Source: the human T2T-CHM13v2.0 reference genome, Homo sapiens | DNA: 64,000 bases | Strand: one strand, 5' to 3' | Assembly (NCBI RefSeq): GCF_009914755.1 | Contig: NC_060928.1 | Shown here: positions 27,975-41,245 of the stretch, piece by piece | How positions within the stretch are numbered: the stretch's first letter is position 1 | Layout of the letters: every line of letters begins with the position of its first letter | Notes under the pieces: model-generated | Told to the model about the DNA's origin: nothing | Seen by the model: the letters and a program-made list of their open reading frames with translations, nothing else | Databases searched by the model: none | Program-made: the position numbers and the translations under genes

Positions 27975-28400
27975 CTGTAACAGGCAGTGAAGTGCTAAGC
28001 ATTTTATATACATTATTTAACTTCACCTTCACAGCTAACCAGTGAGGTAATTATTATCTCTGTTTTGCTAAAGAAAAGAAGAGTTGAGTAACTTTTCCAA
28101 GTTATGTCTGATTCCAAGCACATGTGTGACTATTACATTATCCTAGATTCATCTGGTTCTGTTCATGATGACAGCCCAGAATCTTCCTTGCCTTAGTAAT
28201 AGCAGCCAATATTTATGGAGCACCAACCTGTAACAGATGCTGGGCTAAATGATTTATGCCATTTTAATCATTTAATCTTCACAGTCTGCCTATGAGATGG
28301 AGACTACTATTACCAGCAAAAGGAAAGTGCGTCTCAACAAGGTTTCTATAGTGAGAAATGGAAGAAGAATTTGAATCCTATAATGAGAAGAGGAGGAAGG
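27975..28400 (-). mobile_element. Two MIR fragments
   Basis: GTGCTAAGCATTTTATATACATTATTTAACTTCACC..GTGAGGTAATTATTATC; AATATTTATGGAGCAC..TCATTTAATCTTCACAG. Confidence 0.6.
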
Positions 28401-29613
28401 GTTTGAATTATCAGATTGGTTCGAATCTCAATACTGCCAACTGCTACATCTTTATTTCAATTAAAATAAAACACCCCCAGCTCATGCATTTACCTACGAG
28501 CTTCAATCTACTTTGTTTCTAGGCTTGCTCTCATTACGATAAATTGCCACTTTCAGCTCTCTCCAATTTTTGAGACTGCTCTGACCTTTGATGTTATCAA
28601 ATTTGGTTTCTCTTGCTTGACTCTTTATGTACTCTAAGAACTTTGGCTGACATTCAACCTCCAAACTGAAAAGCCCTCCTGATGACCATGTGCAAGATAT
28701 TCCACTTAAGCATCCAATGACTCCAACCCCGGATCTGGTTCTTGCCCCCTCATGAGAAGGATTAGGACTTGAGCCAGGCCAAACCTTCCTCAGTGCCCTT
28801 AGCATCCCAGACCCCCACCAGGAAATGTCAAAGACAATATATGTCAAGTCAAAGCATCAATACTTTTATATTTTTGTTATTTTTTAAATGAAAATACTAT
28901 TTTATGTCATATATATATATATATACACTGCTTGGTATTAGAAGTGCTGTTGTCATGTCAGAGCATTTGTCGGATCTAGTCTTATGCCTATCCTGTATTT
29001 TGTTTCCAGTACAACATTCTATGGAAACCTTATTTTGCACAGGTATATTATAGCAAAGATAACATAAAACAAAAGTTTCTCAATATTTAGGTGGTTCTAC
29101 ATTTTGCCATTGATAAGGTTTATTTCATATTGAAAAGCACAATTCTCACCTTTTAAGACAGCAAAGGCTACAATTGTTCACTTTCTAAAGATTTGATTTA
29201 TTTACATAAACTATGAGGCTTACACCTCATAAGGAATACATTTGTATAATATGAGTGTTTAACTCATTACATTGTGATAATATCACAAATTTGTTGCAAG
29301 TTTACCACTCCAGACAACATAGACAAGGAATCTTAATTGGATTGCCTACATTAACCTAAAGAGGTATTTCTAAGTCCTCACTCTGCATCAGTGCATAAAT
29401 CAAACCTCAGGGGTTTCTACATGTAGCTTCCTAAAACTTTTGGCACACTTTGTTTTAAGCAGATAATCTAAAAATAACAAGAACAGCCAAGAAAATGTAT
29501 GTAATTTGTTTTTAACATATACATTGTAAATACATTTTAGAAAAAACATTTTTGGAACTTCTCTCTTCCTAAAAGAGCAATTCACTATATCTTAAGGAGC
29601 ACTAAAACTCCTT

Positions 29614-29769
<156 letters not shown>

Positions 29770-30049
29770 AAAGAGCACTAGAATTCTTAAGTACTATGAA
29801 CAATCTGGGAAATTATATGTTAAACTATTATTCCTTGACAGTAATATGTGTACATTCAAACTTCTGGGAGAATGCCTTAACTCAATGGCTTGAAAGATTC
29901 CTGCCCAGAATGCTAGCAACAAAAGTGGATCAGGGAACTTCTAGTCAGCTTTGGGTATTAATCCCACTAAAACAGTTTCCATTCTTGGGGCTTGGTTATC
30001 AGGAGTCTGAAGTGCAGTCGTGGGTGTAGTTATGGCCAACTAGTAGAAT

Positions 30050-30375
30050 GGAAGGATTTGGAGCTTGAGTCAAACAGTCCTGTGTTTGAATCCCTGTCAT
30101 CTTTTAAAAGTTGTTCCCTCTTTGTTCCTCATCATCTGTAACATAGACATAATAATAACACACATGTGCATTTTAAATAAATAACATGAGTATCTATTAC
30201 ACACCAAGCTCTGTCCTAGATTATAATAATATAGCTGTGAAAAAGACAGACCAGGTCCTTCTGGGAGTTTACAGCCTAGCAAGGAGAAGACAGATAATTA
30301 GGAAACAAGGAAACTAAAAAGATAATCATAGTTTGTGCCTAGTACTCTGAAGATAATAAAGCCAGCTAATGCATT
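30050..30375. mobile_element. Adjacent MIR (+) and L2 (-) fragments
   Basis: GAGTCAAACAGTCCTGTGTTTGAATCC..CCTCATCATCTGTAA; AAAGACAGACCAGGTCC..GGGAGTTTACAGCCTAG. Confidence 0.55.
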
Positions 30376-30377
30376 AA

Positions 30378-30564
30378 AGCTGTGCTATCAGATATAGTAG
30401 CCATTAGCTACATGTGGCTATTTAAGTTGAAATTGATTAAAATTAAATAAAACTAAAAATTCAGTTTCTCAGTTGCAGTAGTCACATTTTAAGACCTCAA
30501 TGGCCATATGTAGCTAGAAGTAAAATTTTTCTGTCATCACAGAAAGTTCTATTGGATAGCACTG
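30378..30564. mobile_element. MER3 hAT-Charlie MITE
   Basis: GTAGCCATTAGCTACATGTGGCTATTTAAG..AGAAAGTTCTATTGGATAGCACTG. Confidence 0.88.
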
Positions 30565-31809
30565 TTAACTAGATAAGGAGAGTTTGGGGCAAGGGAATAC
30601 TTTAAATGATATTTATGTATATAAATAGCTGGTTCAATGCAGAAAACAATCTGTAGTGGGATCCAATATATTGGAACTATTATTATGTTAACATATCTTA
30701 TGAGTCTATATACTTTTGCCCACTTTATTCATCAATTTATAAAGCCTTGGAATAAATCCATTTAAATGTAGCTAATTTGTTATTTCCAATTTATGTACTA
30801 CTAATATCTAAAGTTCTAGGTTAATAACTTAAGCTCAAGACACTTACGAAAAGTATTTTTTTCTGCATAGGCTTCTTGATTCAAATAAAAAAGGAAATTA
30901 TTTTCTTAAAATTTTGATGAATGATAAGCCTCAGAAAGTAGCCAAGTGCATTAGGCAGAAAGGACAATGGAAGCAATTTCTTAAAGGTTGAAATCATATT
31001 TGAAGTCAAAATAGATAAGGCTTAACAAGGTTCTAAATTCAAAAAGCAAATTCTTCTGTCCCTGATTTTCTGTAACTCTGACACTGATAACTCCACCTAC
31101 CACATCTTAAAGATCTTTATGACAATCACAGAACTGGTATTATAGTCCCCAAAAGCTATGTGTAAAGCAGTATTTGTGCATCGAATCATACTTCCCAGTG
31201 CATGTTATTTTGAGAATATGTTTTACTTAGATAAAAGAAAGTAGCACCAATACAGAAAAACAACCTTTGAGGACTTACTGAATTCCTGGAACATGCCCAA
31301 TGAAACATGCCAAAGAGAAACAACTACTTTAGAACTAAAAGTTTGTAATACTCACTTTAATACAGTGTGCTATGTAAATTTATTTTTTAATATGTTAAGA
31401 TAATAGTCTGATTAATGTTTGAGTCCATTTATATTTGTAAATTTATTTAAGAAGCACACACGGGTTAATGTATACCAGCCAGATTTCATTTCTTTTCTTT
31501 AAAAATGACTAAGCAGAAACATTAACTGTGTTTGACCCAAGAATTTAGTAGAATTAATTCAGTGAAAAATCTCTATGGAGATATGTTTTCAGCTTAAGCT
31601 GGAGGATTAGTCGAATCTCTGTTTCCCAATCTAATAGTAATGGTGTTAATGCCTGTAAGTGTGGAAATTATAAACTACTCTATAACAGCCATTAAAGTTT
31701 TGTTGACCAAATGGCTAAATGAAAAAAACAGGTTAACCATCTCATTAGGAGAAGTGAAAAGTGTTGATTGAGCCAGCAGGGAACTCCGAAAATGATTTCC
31801 TCTTCTTGG

Positions 31810-31828
31810 AGCTACCACCTGGTGCCCT
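31810..31828 (-). promoter_or_regulatory. Candidate CTCF site (weaker)
   Basis: Reverse complement AGGGCACCAGGTGGTAGCT resembles the CTCF core. Confidence 0.35.
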
Positions 31829-32479
31829 TAGGGTAGACAGAAGTGACATGTTAACCATGTATATGGAAATTGTGTCCAAATGTATTAAGTGAACAAATGT
31901 GAAACAGAAAGCTCTGTAGGAGGAACACCTTCTAGCTGGGTTTGGCTAGCCACACAGCTGCTCCTAGGACCCAAGGGCAGCTGCTCTTAGCTCCATTTAA
32001 AGAAACCCGTGAGAGCACCTTCAATCTTCTCTTTGTGGGCTAATTACCCAGTGAAGCAAGCAAAGCAGTCTCTGTGTACCTTTTCATTGTACAAAGAAAA
32101 ATCTCAAAGCTATGTCTTGAAAAAGCTTTAAGAAATGGACTGTGTCCAATTATAAAATAGAGCTCTGGTTACTGCACATACTGCACAGTGATTTGAATTG
32201 CATCATCTTCCACATCCCCACCAACAACTCTTGGGAGCAAAATATAAGCCTTAGAACAAATTAATAACTCTTTAGGGTCATGCAACAAATAACATGCTTT
32301 TTATCTTAGCCACAAGACTCATTAGCAAACCTGAAGTGGCAGCTGCATGCTCTGGCTTCCTGGATTATTCCTGATCCCAAGAACACTAAAGCAATTGTTC
32401 ACGATCCTTTGCACTGATATTCTGTAGAAGTATGTTTTTAATAAAGTTCTAGGATAGATATCTTAAAAGACGTGTTACT

Positions 32480-32915
32480 TTAAAAAAAAAGTTGATACTG
32501 ATACTCTACCATGCAGGTAACCATATTTATAAAATATTTATGGTGGCATTTCTTTCTGGTTCCCAAAGTATTATATGTTCATGCCTTTGAAAGGAGGAAA
32601 TACACAGAAAGCCAAAATGGAGATTGTGAAGTTTTACTTGCTTTTTAACTGTGTTTGTTCACTTCATAATATATTATAAACATTTTCCCATGTCATTAAA
32701 TGTTCTTCTAAAGCGTGAGTGAATAGTGGTACAGAACACTCCAATTTTAACAATTCCTATTTTTGAACATTTGTGGTAGTTCCAATTTTGCTATTATAAA
32801 TAACACTTTGAGAAACATGCTCATACATAAATCTGTCTGCTTATGTTTCTTTGAGATTATAAAAGTGGAAGCACTGGGTCAAAATATTTTAAATATTTTT
32901 AAAGATTTTGATAAG
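32480..32915 (-). mobile_element. Ancient L1M (L1ME-like) fragment
   Basis: TTCCAATTTTGCTATTATAAATAACACT..AAAAGTGGAAGCACTGGGTCAAA. Confidence 0.7.
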
Positions 32916-33074
32916 GGTGGTTAAGTTCAAACAGCCACTCTGATTTATGAATAAGAGAAAAGGAAAAATAAATAATCATGCCATGGAGTATTTACTGGAA
33001 GGAGCTGAACACAAAACGGCCAAGCCTTCGCTTTCATAGAGTTCTTCATTGCAAGGGCAGTGATTGATCCTTCT

Positions 33075-33093
33075 TGACCACCAGATGGCAGTA
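33075..33093 (+). promoter_or_regulatory. Candidate CTCF binding site
   Basis: TGACCACCAGATGGCAGTA closely matches the 19-bp CTCF motif (consensus TGGCCACCAGGGGGCGCTA) and lies in non-repetitive sequence. Confidence 0.7.
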
Positions 33094-34199
33094 GAGAACA
33101 CAGCAAACTGAACAAGACCTAGAGGAGAAGAGGAATCCACTCTTATTTAGCCTTATATACTTAGCCATTGGTTTTTCCTTGGGCAACTAGGAAGATTGGG
33201 CCTATCATATAAACAAAAAATAAATAAATATTATCAATCAGATCAGGCACAAAGACATTGGAGGAACACTTGCCTTTCATTGGACCTGGTGTTGAGAGCC
33301 ACTAATCTGTTTTGCTTTATGTTTTCCTAAAGTTCTCTTCACACATTGGTCTCACTGCTGATCTTTTTCTGAAGTAGGTTTTGGTTTCTCTGGAAGCAGC
33401 CAAACATTTTATGTGAACCCCTGTACTTGCTCACCAGCTCACAATGAGGCAAAGTCTGGGTAAAATGAAATACTTTCACTAATGTCTTTGGGTTTTCCTA
33501 TTTACTAGCTAAACAGGAAGTCACCAAGCAAAGAAGAGTGGCTGCTGTGAGATACCCCTCCACATTGACCTTAGACAGTCATTATTATTTATTCTGACTT
33601 TAGCGGAAAGAATACTTCCTTGCCTCCTTTTCCTGTCTCTGAGGAAAGGATATTCCAGACTCTAATGCATTTGGAGTTTCCAAAGATATGGTAGAGCTGT
33701 TCTCAAGATGCCTGAGACATGCAGAAAGCTTCATGATAGCTAGCACAGTGATGCCACAGCTGCACCAGCCAAATGCAATTGGAGTTTCTATTCAGTTTAC
33801 TAGTGCAGCTACCTGAGCAAAGTACAGATAAAAAGGAAGTAACAACACAAGGGTGCCTCGTACTCCTGTTACCATTATGAAATTGAACTGAGACTTTAGT
33901 CTAGAATTTGCAGAGGCCAATTAGAAGGATTTGTTAAAAATATTAGTGCTCTTATCATAAAAACATCTATATGAACAACAAAAATATAAACAAAGAATAA
34001 GTAGTCTACTATTTGAGAGTAAGGATACTAACATCTGTTGAGTAATAATCCCTTCTTAAAACACCTAATAAGGGAGTATTAAAAAAAATGGAGATCAGGA
34101 AAAAGTCCTGAACCTACAATCAAAAATTAAATTGTACAGTATATGAGGTTCATTAAGCCACGTTCTTTACATGACTTCAAGTTTCCCTTTAAACAATTG

Positions 34200-34825
34200 G
34201 GCAATTCAGCTGGCAGAATAGAAAAAGTGAATGTTCTTTCGGCCTACACTCGTAGAAATACAGTGAGTGTAGTTACAGGAAACTTCTACCTCGCAATCAG
34301 AACACATTTGGAATATTTTGCTCAATTCAGAGGAGCAATGACAAACTGGACTCCATCTAGAACAAAGCAGTAGAGTATCAAAATCATGTCCTTTCTACAA
34401 GGAATGAAGGTTCCCCTGAAGAGAAGACTTAGGTAACAATATGATAGTTCTCTTTGAATACTGAATGACTCTTTCATAAAAAAAATGGAATTTATCCTTC
34501 CCTCTGTAGTTCACAGAACTAGATTCAATGAGTGAAAGTCATAACTTGCCAGGATTTTCATATACCCCCAGGGAGCACCTGTTTCCAATTCCCACAAAGG
34601 TACACTGTGGGCTAGTCAAGGCCATGTTCAAAAATTACCATGAGATCCAATCAACAATGGAAGGGTTGCCTGGAATGCAATGAGCTCATGAAAGGTTTTG
34701 AGCAGCCTGAGTAATTATTTTGGCATGAATATTCTAAAAGGGGCTCTTAAACTTCGGGGTTTAAGACTTTCATGGAGAAAGATGATCCATGAAAGTTCTT
34801 CCAACTCTAAGATTCTGTAATTCCT
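34200..34825 (+). mobile_element. L3/CR1 LINE 3' fragment
   Basis: ATCAGAACACATTTGGAATATTTTGCTCAATTC (IRTHLEYFAQF, related to CR1 RPHLEYCVQF); CTGAAGAGAAGACTTAGG; terminal TTCCAACTCTAAGATTCTGT. Confidence 0.7.
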
Positions 34826-34881
34826 TAAAAACCAGAAATAAATCAGGAATTGCAAAAATAAGCTAACATATTCAAGGGAAG

Positions 34882-35670
34882 TTTTTTTTTTCAACTTTTA
34901 TTTTAGGTTCAGGGGATATATGTGCAGGTTTTTCACCTGGGTATATTGCATGATGCTGAGGTTTGGAGTACAAATGATCCCACCACACAGATACTGAGCA
35001 TAGTATCCAATAGTTAGCTTTTTAACCCTTGTCCCTCTTCCTACCTCCCCCCTCTAGTAGTCCTTAGTTTCTGTTGTTTGCCATCTTTGTGTCTGTAAGT
35101 ATCAATGTTTAGTTCCCACCTGTAAGTGAGAACATGTGGTATTTGATTTTCTGTTGCATTAATTCTCTTAGGATAATGGCCTCCAGCTGCATCCATGTTG
35201 CTACAAAGAACATGGTTTCATTCTTTTTTATGGCTGCCTAGCATTCCATGGTTTATATGTACCACATTTTCTTTATCCAATCCATGGTCGATGGGCACCT
35301 AGGTTGATCTATGTCTTAGTGCTGCAATAAACATGCAAGTAAATGTACCTTTTTGGTAGGAAAATTTGTTTTCTTTTGGATATATACCCAGTGATGTGAT
35401 TGCTGGGTCAAATGGTAGTTCTGCTTTAGGTTTCTCTGAGAAATTTCCAAACTACTTTCCACAGCAGCTGAACTAATTTACATTCCCATTGACAGTGTAT
35501 AAGCATTTCCTTTTCTCCACAGCCCCACCAGCGTCTGTTGCTTTTTTACTTTGTAATAATAGCCATTCTGACTGATGTGAGATGATATCTCATTGTGGTT
35601 TTATTTGCATTTCTCTAATGATTAGTAATGTGAAACACTTCTTCATATGTTTCTTGGCCACTTGTATGTC
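34882..35670 (-). mobile_element. 5'-truncated L1PA15/16-like
   Basis: TTTCAACTTTTATTTTAGGTTCAGGGG..TTGCATGATGCTGAGGTTTGG 3'UTR. Confidence 0.9.
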
Positions 35671-35872
35671 AGTAGGGAGAACATTATTATTACATTGGCT
35701 TAGGTTAAGATACCAGATTCTTGAATTCCTAATGCAAGACCAAATCTTAAGCCAATAGAGTTTCAGGAGTAAAGATGAGGATAGGGACCTTGTGCAGCTT
35801 GAAGAAAACAGTATTGGTTGACTTTCTTAGAGGCAGAAAGGGTCATGCTGAAGTTAAGTAGAATCAAGTTTT

Positions 35873-36170
<298 letters not shown>

Positions 36171-36324
36171 AGAATCAGGTTTTAAGAGCCAAGAATGAAG
36201 AAGGATACCAAGCCATCTCCACAATGTGACATGGGAACACTAGGAAAAGCCATATACATTTTAAAAACTTCTTTACATCACTGTTGATAACTGAATGTCA
36301 ATAATTGAAGCTTTTAAAAAGAGC

Positions 36325-36900
36325 TGCACCCTCCCTATTTTGAAACTTTCTTTGTCCATTTTCTTTTCATGATTGTGCACTCACCCAGATCTCTTACAAT
36401 TGTGCTCTATCTCTTTCCTAGGCTCCTATTTCACTGGTCATTCCCTAAATGCTCGTATCCCACTAAGTTCCATCTTCTGCCTGTGGCTCTTTCTTCTCAC
36501 AAGCAACCTCTGGGTGAAAAACAAAAAACAAAACAACAACAACAACAAAAAAAAAAAACTGCTCTTAGGTGTTACTAACCTTTGAATGGTGGTAATTTTC
36601 CAACTCTAAATCCTCAGGCCAGACTGATATAAACAAGCACCTGTTGGACAGCTCCACTACGGTGTCCCATGGGCCCTGCAAAAGTCAACATGTCCCTAAA
36701 CAAAGGCAGAATATCCTTCCTCGCACTTCACTATAGCACCTGCTCTTCTTTCTATAGTGACCATTTCCATTAAGGACATCAGAATGAAACTAACCACTCA
36801 AGCCAACAATCTAAATATCCTAATTTTCCTCCATCTTTCTCATCTCCCATATTCAAGCACCAAGTTCCACAAATTCTAGTTTCTCTAAATTTTTCAGATT
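36325..36900 (+). mobile_element. L2 fragment
   Basis: CCTGTTGGACAGCTCCACT..GTGTCCC..AAGTCAACATGTCC. Confidence 0.6.
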
Positions 36901-36917
36901 CATTTCATCTGAATTTT

Positions 36918-37161
36918 TTCTGCTGTGTCCTCACATGGTCTTTTCTCTGTGTGCCCGCATCCTTAGTGTCTGTTTTTGTGTGCAAATTTCCACTTCTTAT
37001 AAGGACACTTGTCAGAGTGAATTTGAGCCCACCCTAACAGCCTCATTTTAACTTAGCCACCTCTTTAAATATCTTTTCTCCAAATATAGTCACATTCCAA
37101 GGTACCGGGGGTTCAGCCTGCAACAAATGAATTTTGGGACAACACAGTTCAGCCCTTAACA
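36918..37161 (-). mobile_element. MLT1A-type LTR, partial
   Basis: GTGTCCTCACATGGTC..CTTCTTATAAGGACAC..CACAGTTCAGCCCTTAACA. Confidence 0.8.
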
Positions 37162-37944
37162 ACAAACTGCACACTTACTATCTCCTCTGCTCAATAAAGG
37201 CTTTGCTAAAGAGGACAGAGAGTAAGGATACTGAGGGCTTGGTCAGAGGAAGAGGTTGTGGTAGGGCAGAGTAGTAGAAGAAACATCAACACAAAAAGAA
37301 ATGAAAATTACCAGGCCTCAGAAAATACTACCTATCCCACAAGCTCACTGAAAAGAATATTCAAGAATACTTTCTGCTTTCAATTGTCAAAAGGATATGA
37401 AGGAGAATATCACAATCTCATGAGCAAATGAAAGAGTAGAACACAAAACAGGCAGGAAAGCAGCTTCTCCAACTAGGCTGGGATTATGGCACATAGGCCA
37501 GAATGTTAACAGGGTGGCCTTTAGTTTGATACATGAACAAAACACCATATAAAATATGTAAAGATATGCACTCATGGCCAGTATCAATGTTACCTCAAGT
37601 TGGCTTTGATAAAGTATGTCTGTTCAAATGAGTTGAGACTCAAAAAACAATTTTTGCACACTTCCAAAAAGAGAACCTAAATGTAATTTAGCATTTCAAG
37701 GGTATTCTCAATGCTTTTAATCTATTGTTATTCTAGACAGAAAACTAACGAAATATGCCAGCCTGCTCAGGCATTAACAAAAAGCGAGACCTTTTTATAT
37801 ATTAATCTTGAGTTATGAACACTACTCAGCTAATGGATAAATGCATGTCATTATTCCCAGTAATAGCAAATGCACATTGTTGCCTGAAAGTCACTCATCT
37901 GTGCTCTTATTTTCATCAATGTTTGCTAATATCTAAGCATTGAC

Positions 37945-38230
37945 CACGGTAATAATACCAGCCAACATTTGAATAAATTTTAACAGCTTACAGTGTGCTT
38001 TCCAATAAATGTGAGCCTGAGGCTCACCATAGAGGGGTGGGATAGGGAGACTCTCTGGTTAAATGCACAGGTTAGCACATGATAAGAGTTTTAAAATACC
38101 CACATAAAATTAAAAATCAGAAACGTCAAATGACTTACCCAAAGTCACACAGCTGATAAATGATGGAGTCAACACCTAAGCTTCATCTTTTAAATTTAAA
38201 TTCAGTGTTTTTGCACTCCGCTAACCAAGA
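37945..38230 (-). mobile_element. MIR fragments
   Basis: ATGACTTACCCAAAGTCACACAGCTGATAAATGATGGAG. Confidence 0.6.
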
Positions 38231-38557
38231 GTTCACATATACATCCCTACAACTGCACACCAAGCTTTGTAGATGCTGTGAACTCACAGATGCATGAGGT
38301 TCAGTCCCTACCTTCAATCCTTCAATTGCATTACAGTCTAAAAGGGAGAGACAGACATATAAATAAGAAAGTGTAATAAAGTGTGGAGAAGCTTTGACAT
38401 AAGTATATGGAGGAACACAAAAGAGGATAGACATTTTTCTCCAAAGAATGGTGAAGGGGTGAGGAATGTCTCTATAAAAGTAGCACTTCAGATAAGGAGG
38501 TAATCATCAAATGATAGCAGAGGATATTTCTGGCCAAGGGGGCTATATTACCAAAGC

Positions 38558-38588
38558 ATATATATATATATATATATATGTGTGTGTA
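38558..38588. repeat. (AT)n(GT)n compound microsatellite
   Basis: Direct reading. Confidence 0.9.
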
Positions 38589-39039
38589 TGAAAAAGACTG
38601 GATATATAGAAAACACTGCAAATATTTTGATATAGCAAAAGCATAGGGTTATTGGAGATGGGAGAGGCAACAAGAGTTAAGGCCTGAGAGATAGGGGCTT
38701 GACTACGTGGGGCCTTCATGGCAAACCAAAGATTGGAAGGTGTGTCCTGTTAATAAGAGTTTTTTGAAGCATCGTTGTCTATGAATTGATGGGCATTGTG
38801 ACATTAAAAATGTGAAAGATTGGAAAATGGATTGGATGGGTGTAAGACAGGAGATAGGGACATCAGTTTGGCCTGTTCCTCTAAACCAGGCAAAAAATCA
38901 TATGAACCACAAGGAGCAATGGAAATGAAGGAAATTCAGCTTTAGAAACTTCAAAACATGGTGATCACTCAGTGGCGGGAATAAAAAGAACAGCATCTGA
39001 GATGATGTAGGATTCATTTTTACTAGTGTAAGGAAAAAC

Positions 39040-39180
39040 GAAAGAAAGAGAAAGGAAGGAAGGAAGGAGAGAGAGAAGGAAGGAAGGAAAGAAAGAAAGA
39101 GAAAGAAAGAAAGAAAGAAAAAGAAAGAAAGAAGAAAGAAAGAAAGAGAAGAAAGGAAGAAAGAAAGGGAGAAAGAAAGA
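39040..39180. repeat. Polypurine (GAAA/GGAA/GA)n tract, 141 nt
   Basis: No pyrimidine on + strand over 39040-39180. Confidence 0.95.
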
Positions 39181-40274
39181 TGGTGGAGGCAGGAAAGAAA
39201 GCAGATAATAAATTTTGCTCTGAGTAAGTTGAGTTTAAGATACCTGTGGAATACCAGGAACCAGCATTCTGTGAGTAGTTTTGACACAATAATCAGAACT
39301 CAGGGGAGAGTTGGGTAGAGAATTGAGTCATGGTGAAAACAGGGAAGTAGATGCCCAGAGAGAGAATGGAGAACAAACAGAGAAGGAAGCCAAGAACAAC
39401 CTCCAAGGAAAACACAACATTCAAGGTACACGTAAAAGAATAGAAGCCAGTAAAGTAGAGAAAGAAGGACAAATCAGAGAGGAGAAGAGCCATGAGATAC
39501 CTCTCAGAAGCCATGGTATTAAACATCTCCAGTGCCCCAGTTAAGTCAAATAAGGTGGGAAGTGGAAACTGACGAAGTTTATTGGACTTGGCGCTTTCGA
39601 AGTCACTGGAAATTACCACCACAGCAATTTCAGTAGATTAGCAAGGTGTTGACTAGAGTACCATTAAGAGTGATTGAAAGGTAAAGAGATGAAGACAACA
39701 AACAAAGGCTATTCTTCTAAGAAATTTATCATGAAGATAAGAAGAAAAGGTAAGAATGGTAGCCAGAGAAGAATGTATATATGTGTTGATAAAAGGATTT
39801 ACATATTTGTTTATGTTTTGGTGGAAGAAATTTGAATATACTTAAGGCTGAAGGAGATAGTAGAGAAGGAACGGATGAAAACAGGATAATGGACCCTCCA
39901 TGCAGCAGAATCCCAGGAGAGGCAGAGGAAACAAGATGAAGTGCTTATATTAGGGAATCACATTTGACCAAATGAAAGGGGATAGAAGGAAGGTGAAAAC
40001 CAGTAGAGTAAGGGAAAGGGTAGTTGAAACTGTTCACAATTAATTACCACAAGTTTTATAGTGAGAGAGTATAGGTAGCAGGAAGCAAGTGAAGAAGACT
40101 GTAAAGGTTTGGAGTTGCCATGGTGGCCAGATGAGGGAGCTGATCAGAGGTATGTAAAACTGTTTCAAAATAATGCTAAAGACCCCTTCAGGTGGAGACC
40201 ATGACTTAGCAGTGGTTCCAGTTTGGAAGATGGTTTTTTTCCAGGGGCTCTCACCAGTGCTGGGTGCTATAATA

Positions 40275-41245
40275 GGAAAGGCAGACATAAGCCAAGTTTG
40301 GGGGCAACAAAAGTTTGTCTTCCCCTCCTACTGAAGTTGGAAATACTTATTTCCCAGTTTTTATTTCAACTGAAGATGACCTCATGACAGGTTTTGCTTT
40401 CCTGATGAAAAGGAGAAGATGTGGATGATATATGGCCCATTTTTGCTTCCTCCTGCTCCTAGTCTGGAGTATGGAGCAATCCTAGAGGTGTAGCAGCTAC
40501 CTGTTAAGCCTGGGGCAAAAACCATGAGAATCAAAGCCAACAGGGTGAGGATGGTGAGAAGAAAGGTAGAAAGTGCCTGGGGCCATGTTGACATTACGGA
40601 ATATGTTATGGGCTGAGTTGTGTCCCCCTAAAATTTAAATGTTGAAGCCCTAACCCTCAGTGCCTCATGAAGTGACCTTATTTGCAAATAGGGATTTTAC
40701 ATAGGTAAGCAAGTTAAAATGTCATTGAGGTGAGTCTTCATCAAATCTGACTGTTGTTCTTATAAAAAGGGGAAATTTAGAGACAGACACACATGCAGGG
40801 GAATGCCATGTGAGGATGCAGAGACCAGGGTGATGCTTCTATAAGCCAGAGAATGACAAAGTTGCCTGAAAACCACCAGAAGCTAATGGAAAGACATAGA
40901 ACAGTTTCTTCCCCACCAAGCTCAGAAAGGACAAACCTATCTACACCTTGATTTCTTTTTTTTTTTTTTTTTGCCCTAAAGCAATGAAATGCAGATCGAC
41001 ATCTTCATTTTGGACATCTAGTCTCTAGAACTCTGGAACAATAAATTCCTGTTGATTATATCACTCAGACTGTGGTACTTTGTTACAGCCCTAGCAAAAC
41101 ACTCCAGAGCATCAAAAACCCTTAAAGTAAACTCCTACCTCTAAATGCTCTATTACATGAGAAAAATAAGCAACTATTTATTTAAACTAAACTACTGGTT
41201 GAATCTTCTTTTTCTTATAGTGGATGGAATCTCAGCTAGATATAA
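40275..41245 (+). mobile_element. Old MLT1J/K-like LTR split by MLT1B
   Basis: TTTTGCTTTCCTGAT..AAAGCCAACAGGGTGAGGATGG; resumes CCTACCTCT..TTACATGAGAAAAATAA. Confidence 0.6.
40604..41106 (+). mobile_element. MLT1B solo LTR
   Basis: TGTTATGGGCTGAGTTGTGTCCCCC..TATAAAAAGGGGAAATTT..TGTGGTACTTTGTTACAGCCCTAGCAAA; flanks GAATA/GAGCA. Confidence 0.88.

Larger units (their letters stand above)
38280..39990 (-). mobile_element. Long degenerate L2
   Basis: AGTAAGTTGAGTTTAAGATACCTGTGGAATACCA..AACTCAGGGGAGAG..AGCAATTTCAGTAGA; interrupted by microsatellites. Confidence 0.65.

Noticed and set aside
38898-39289. Hydrophobic F/L/S-rich ORFs resembling membrane proteins
   Set aside because: Translation artefact of the polypyrimidine strand of the microsatellite
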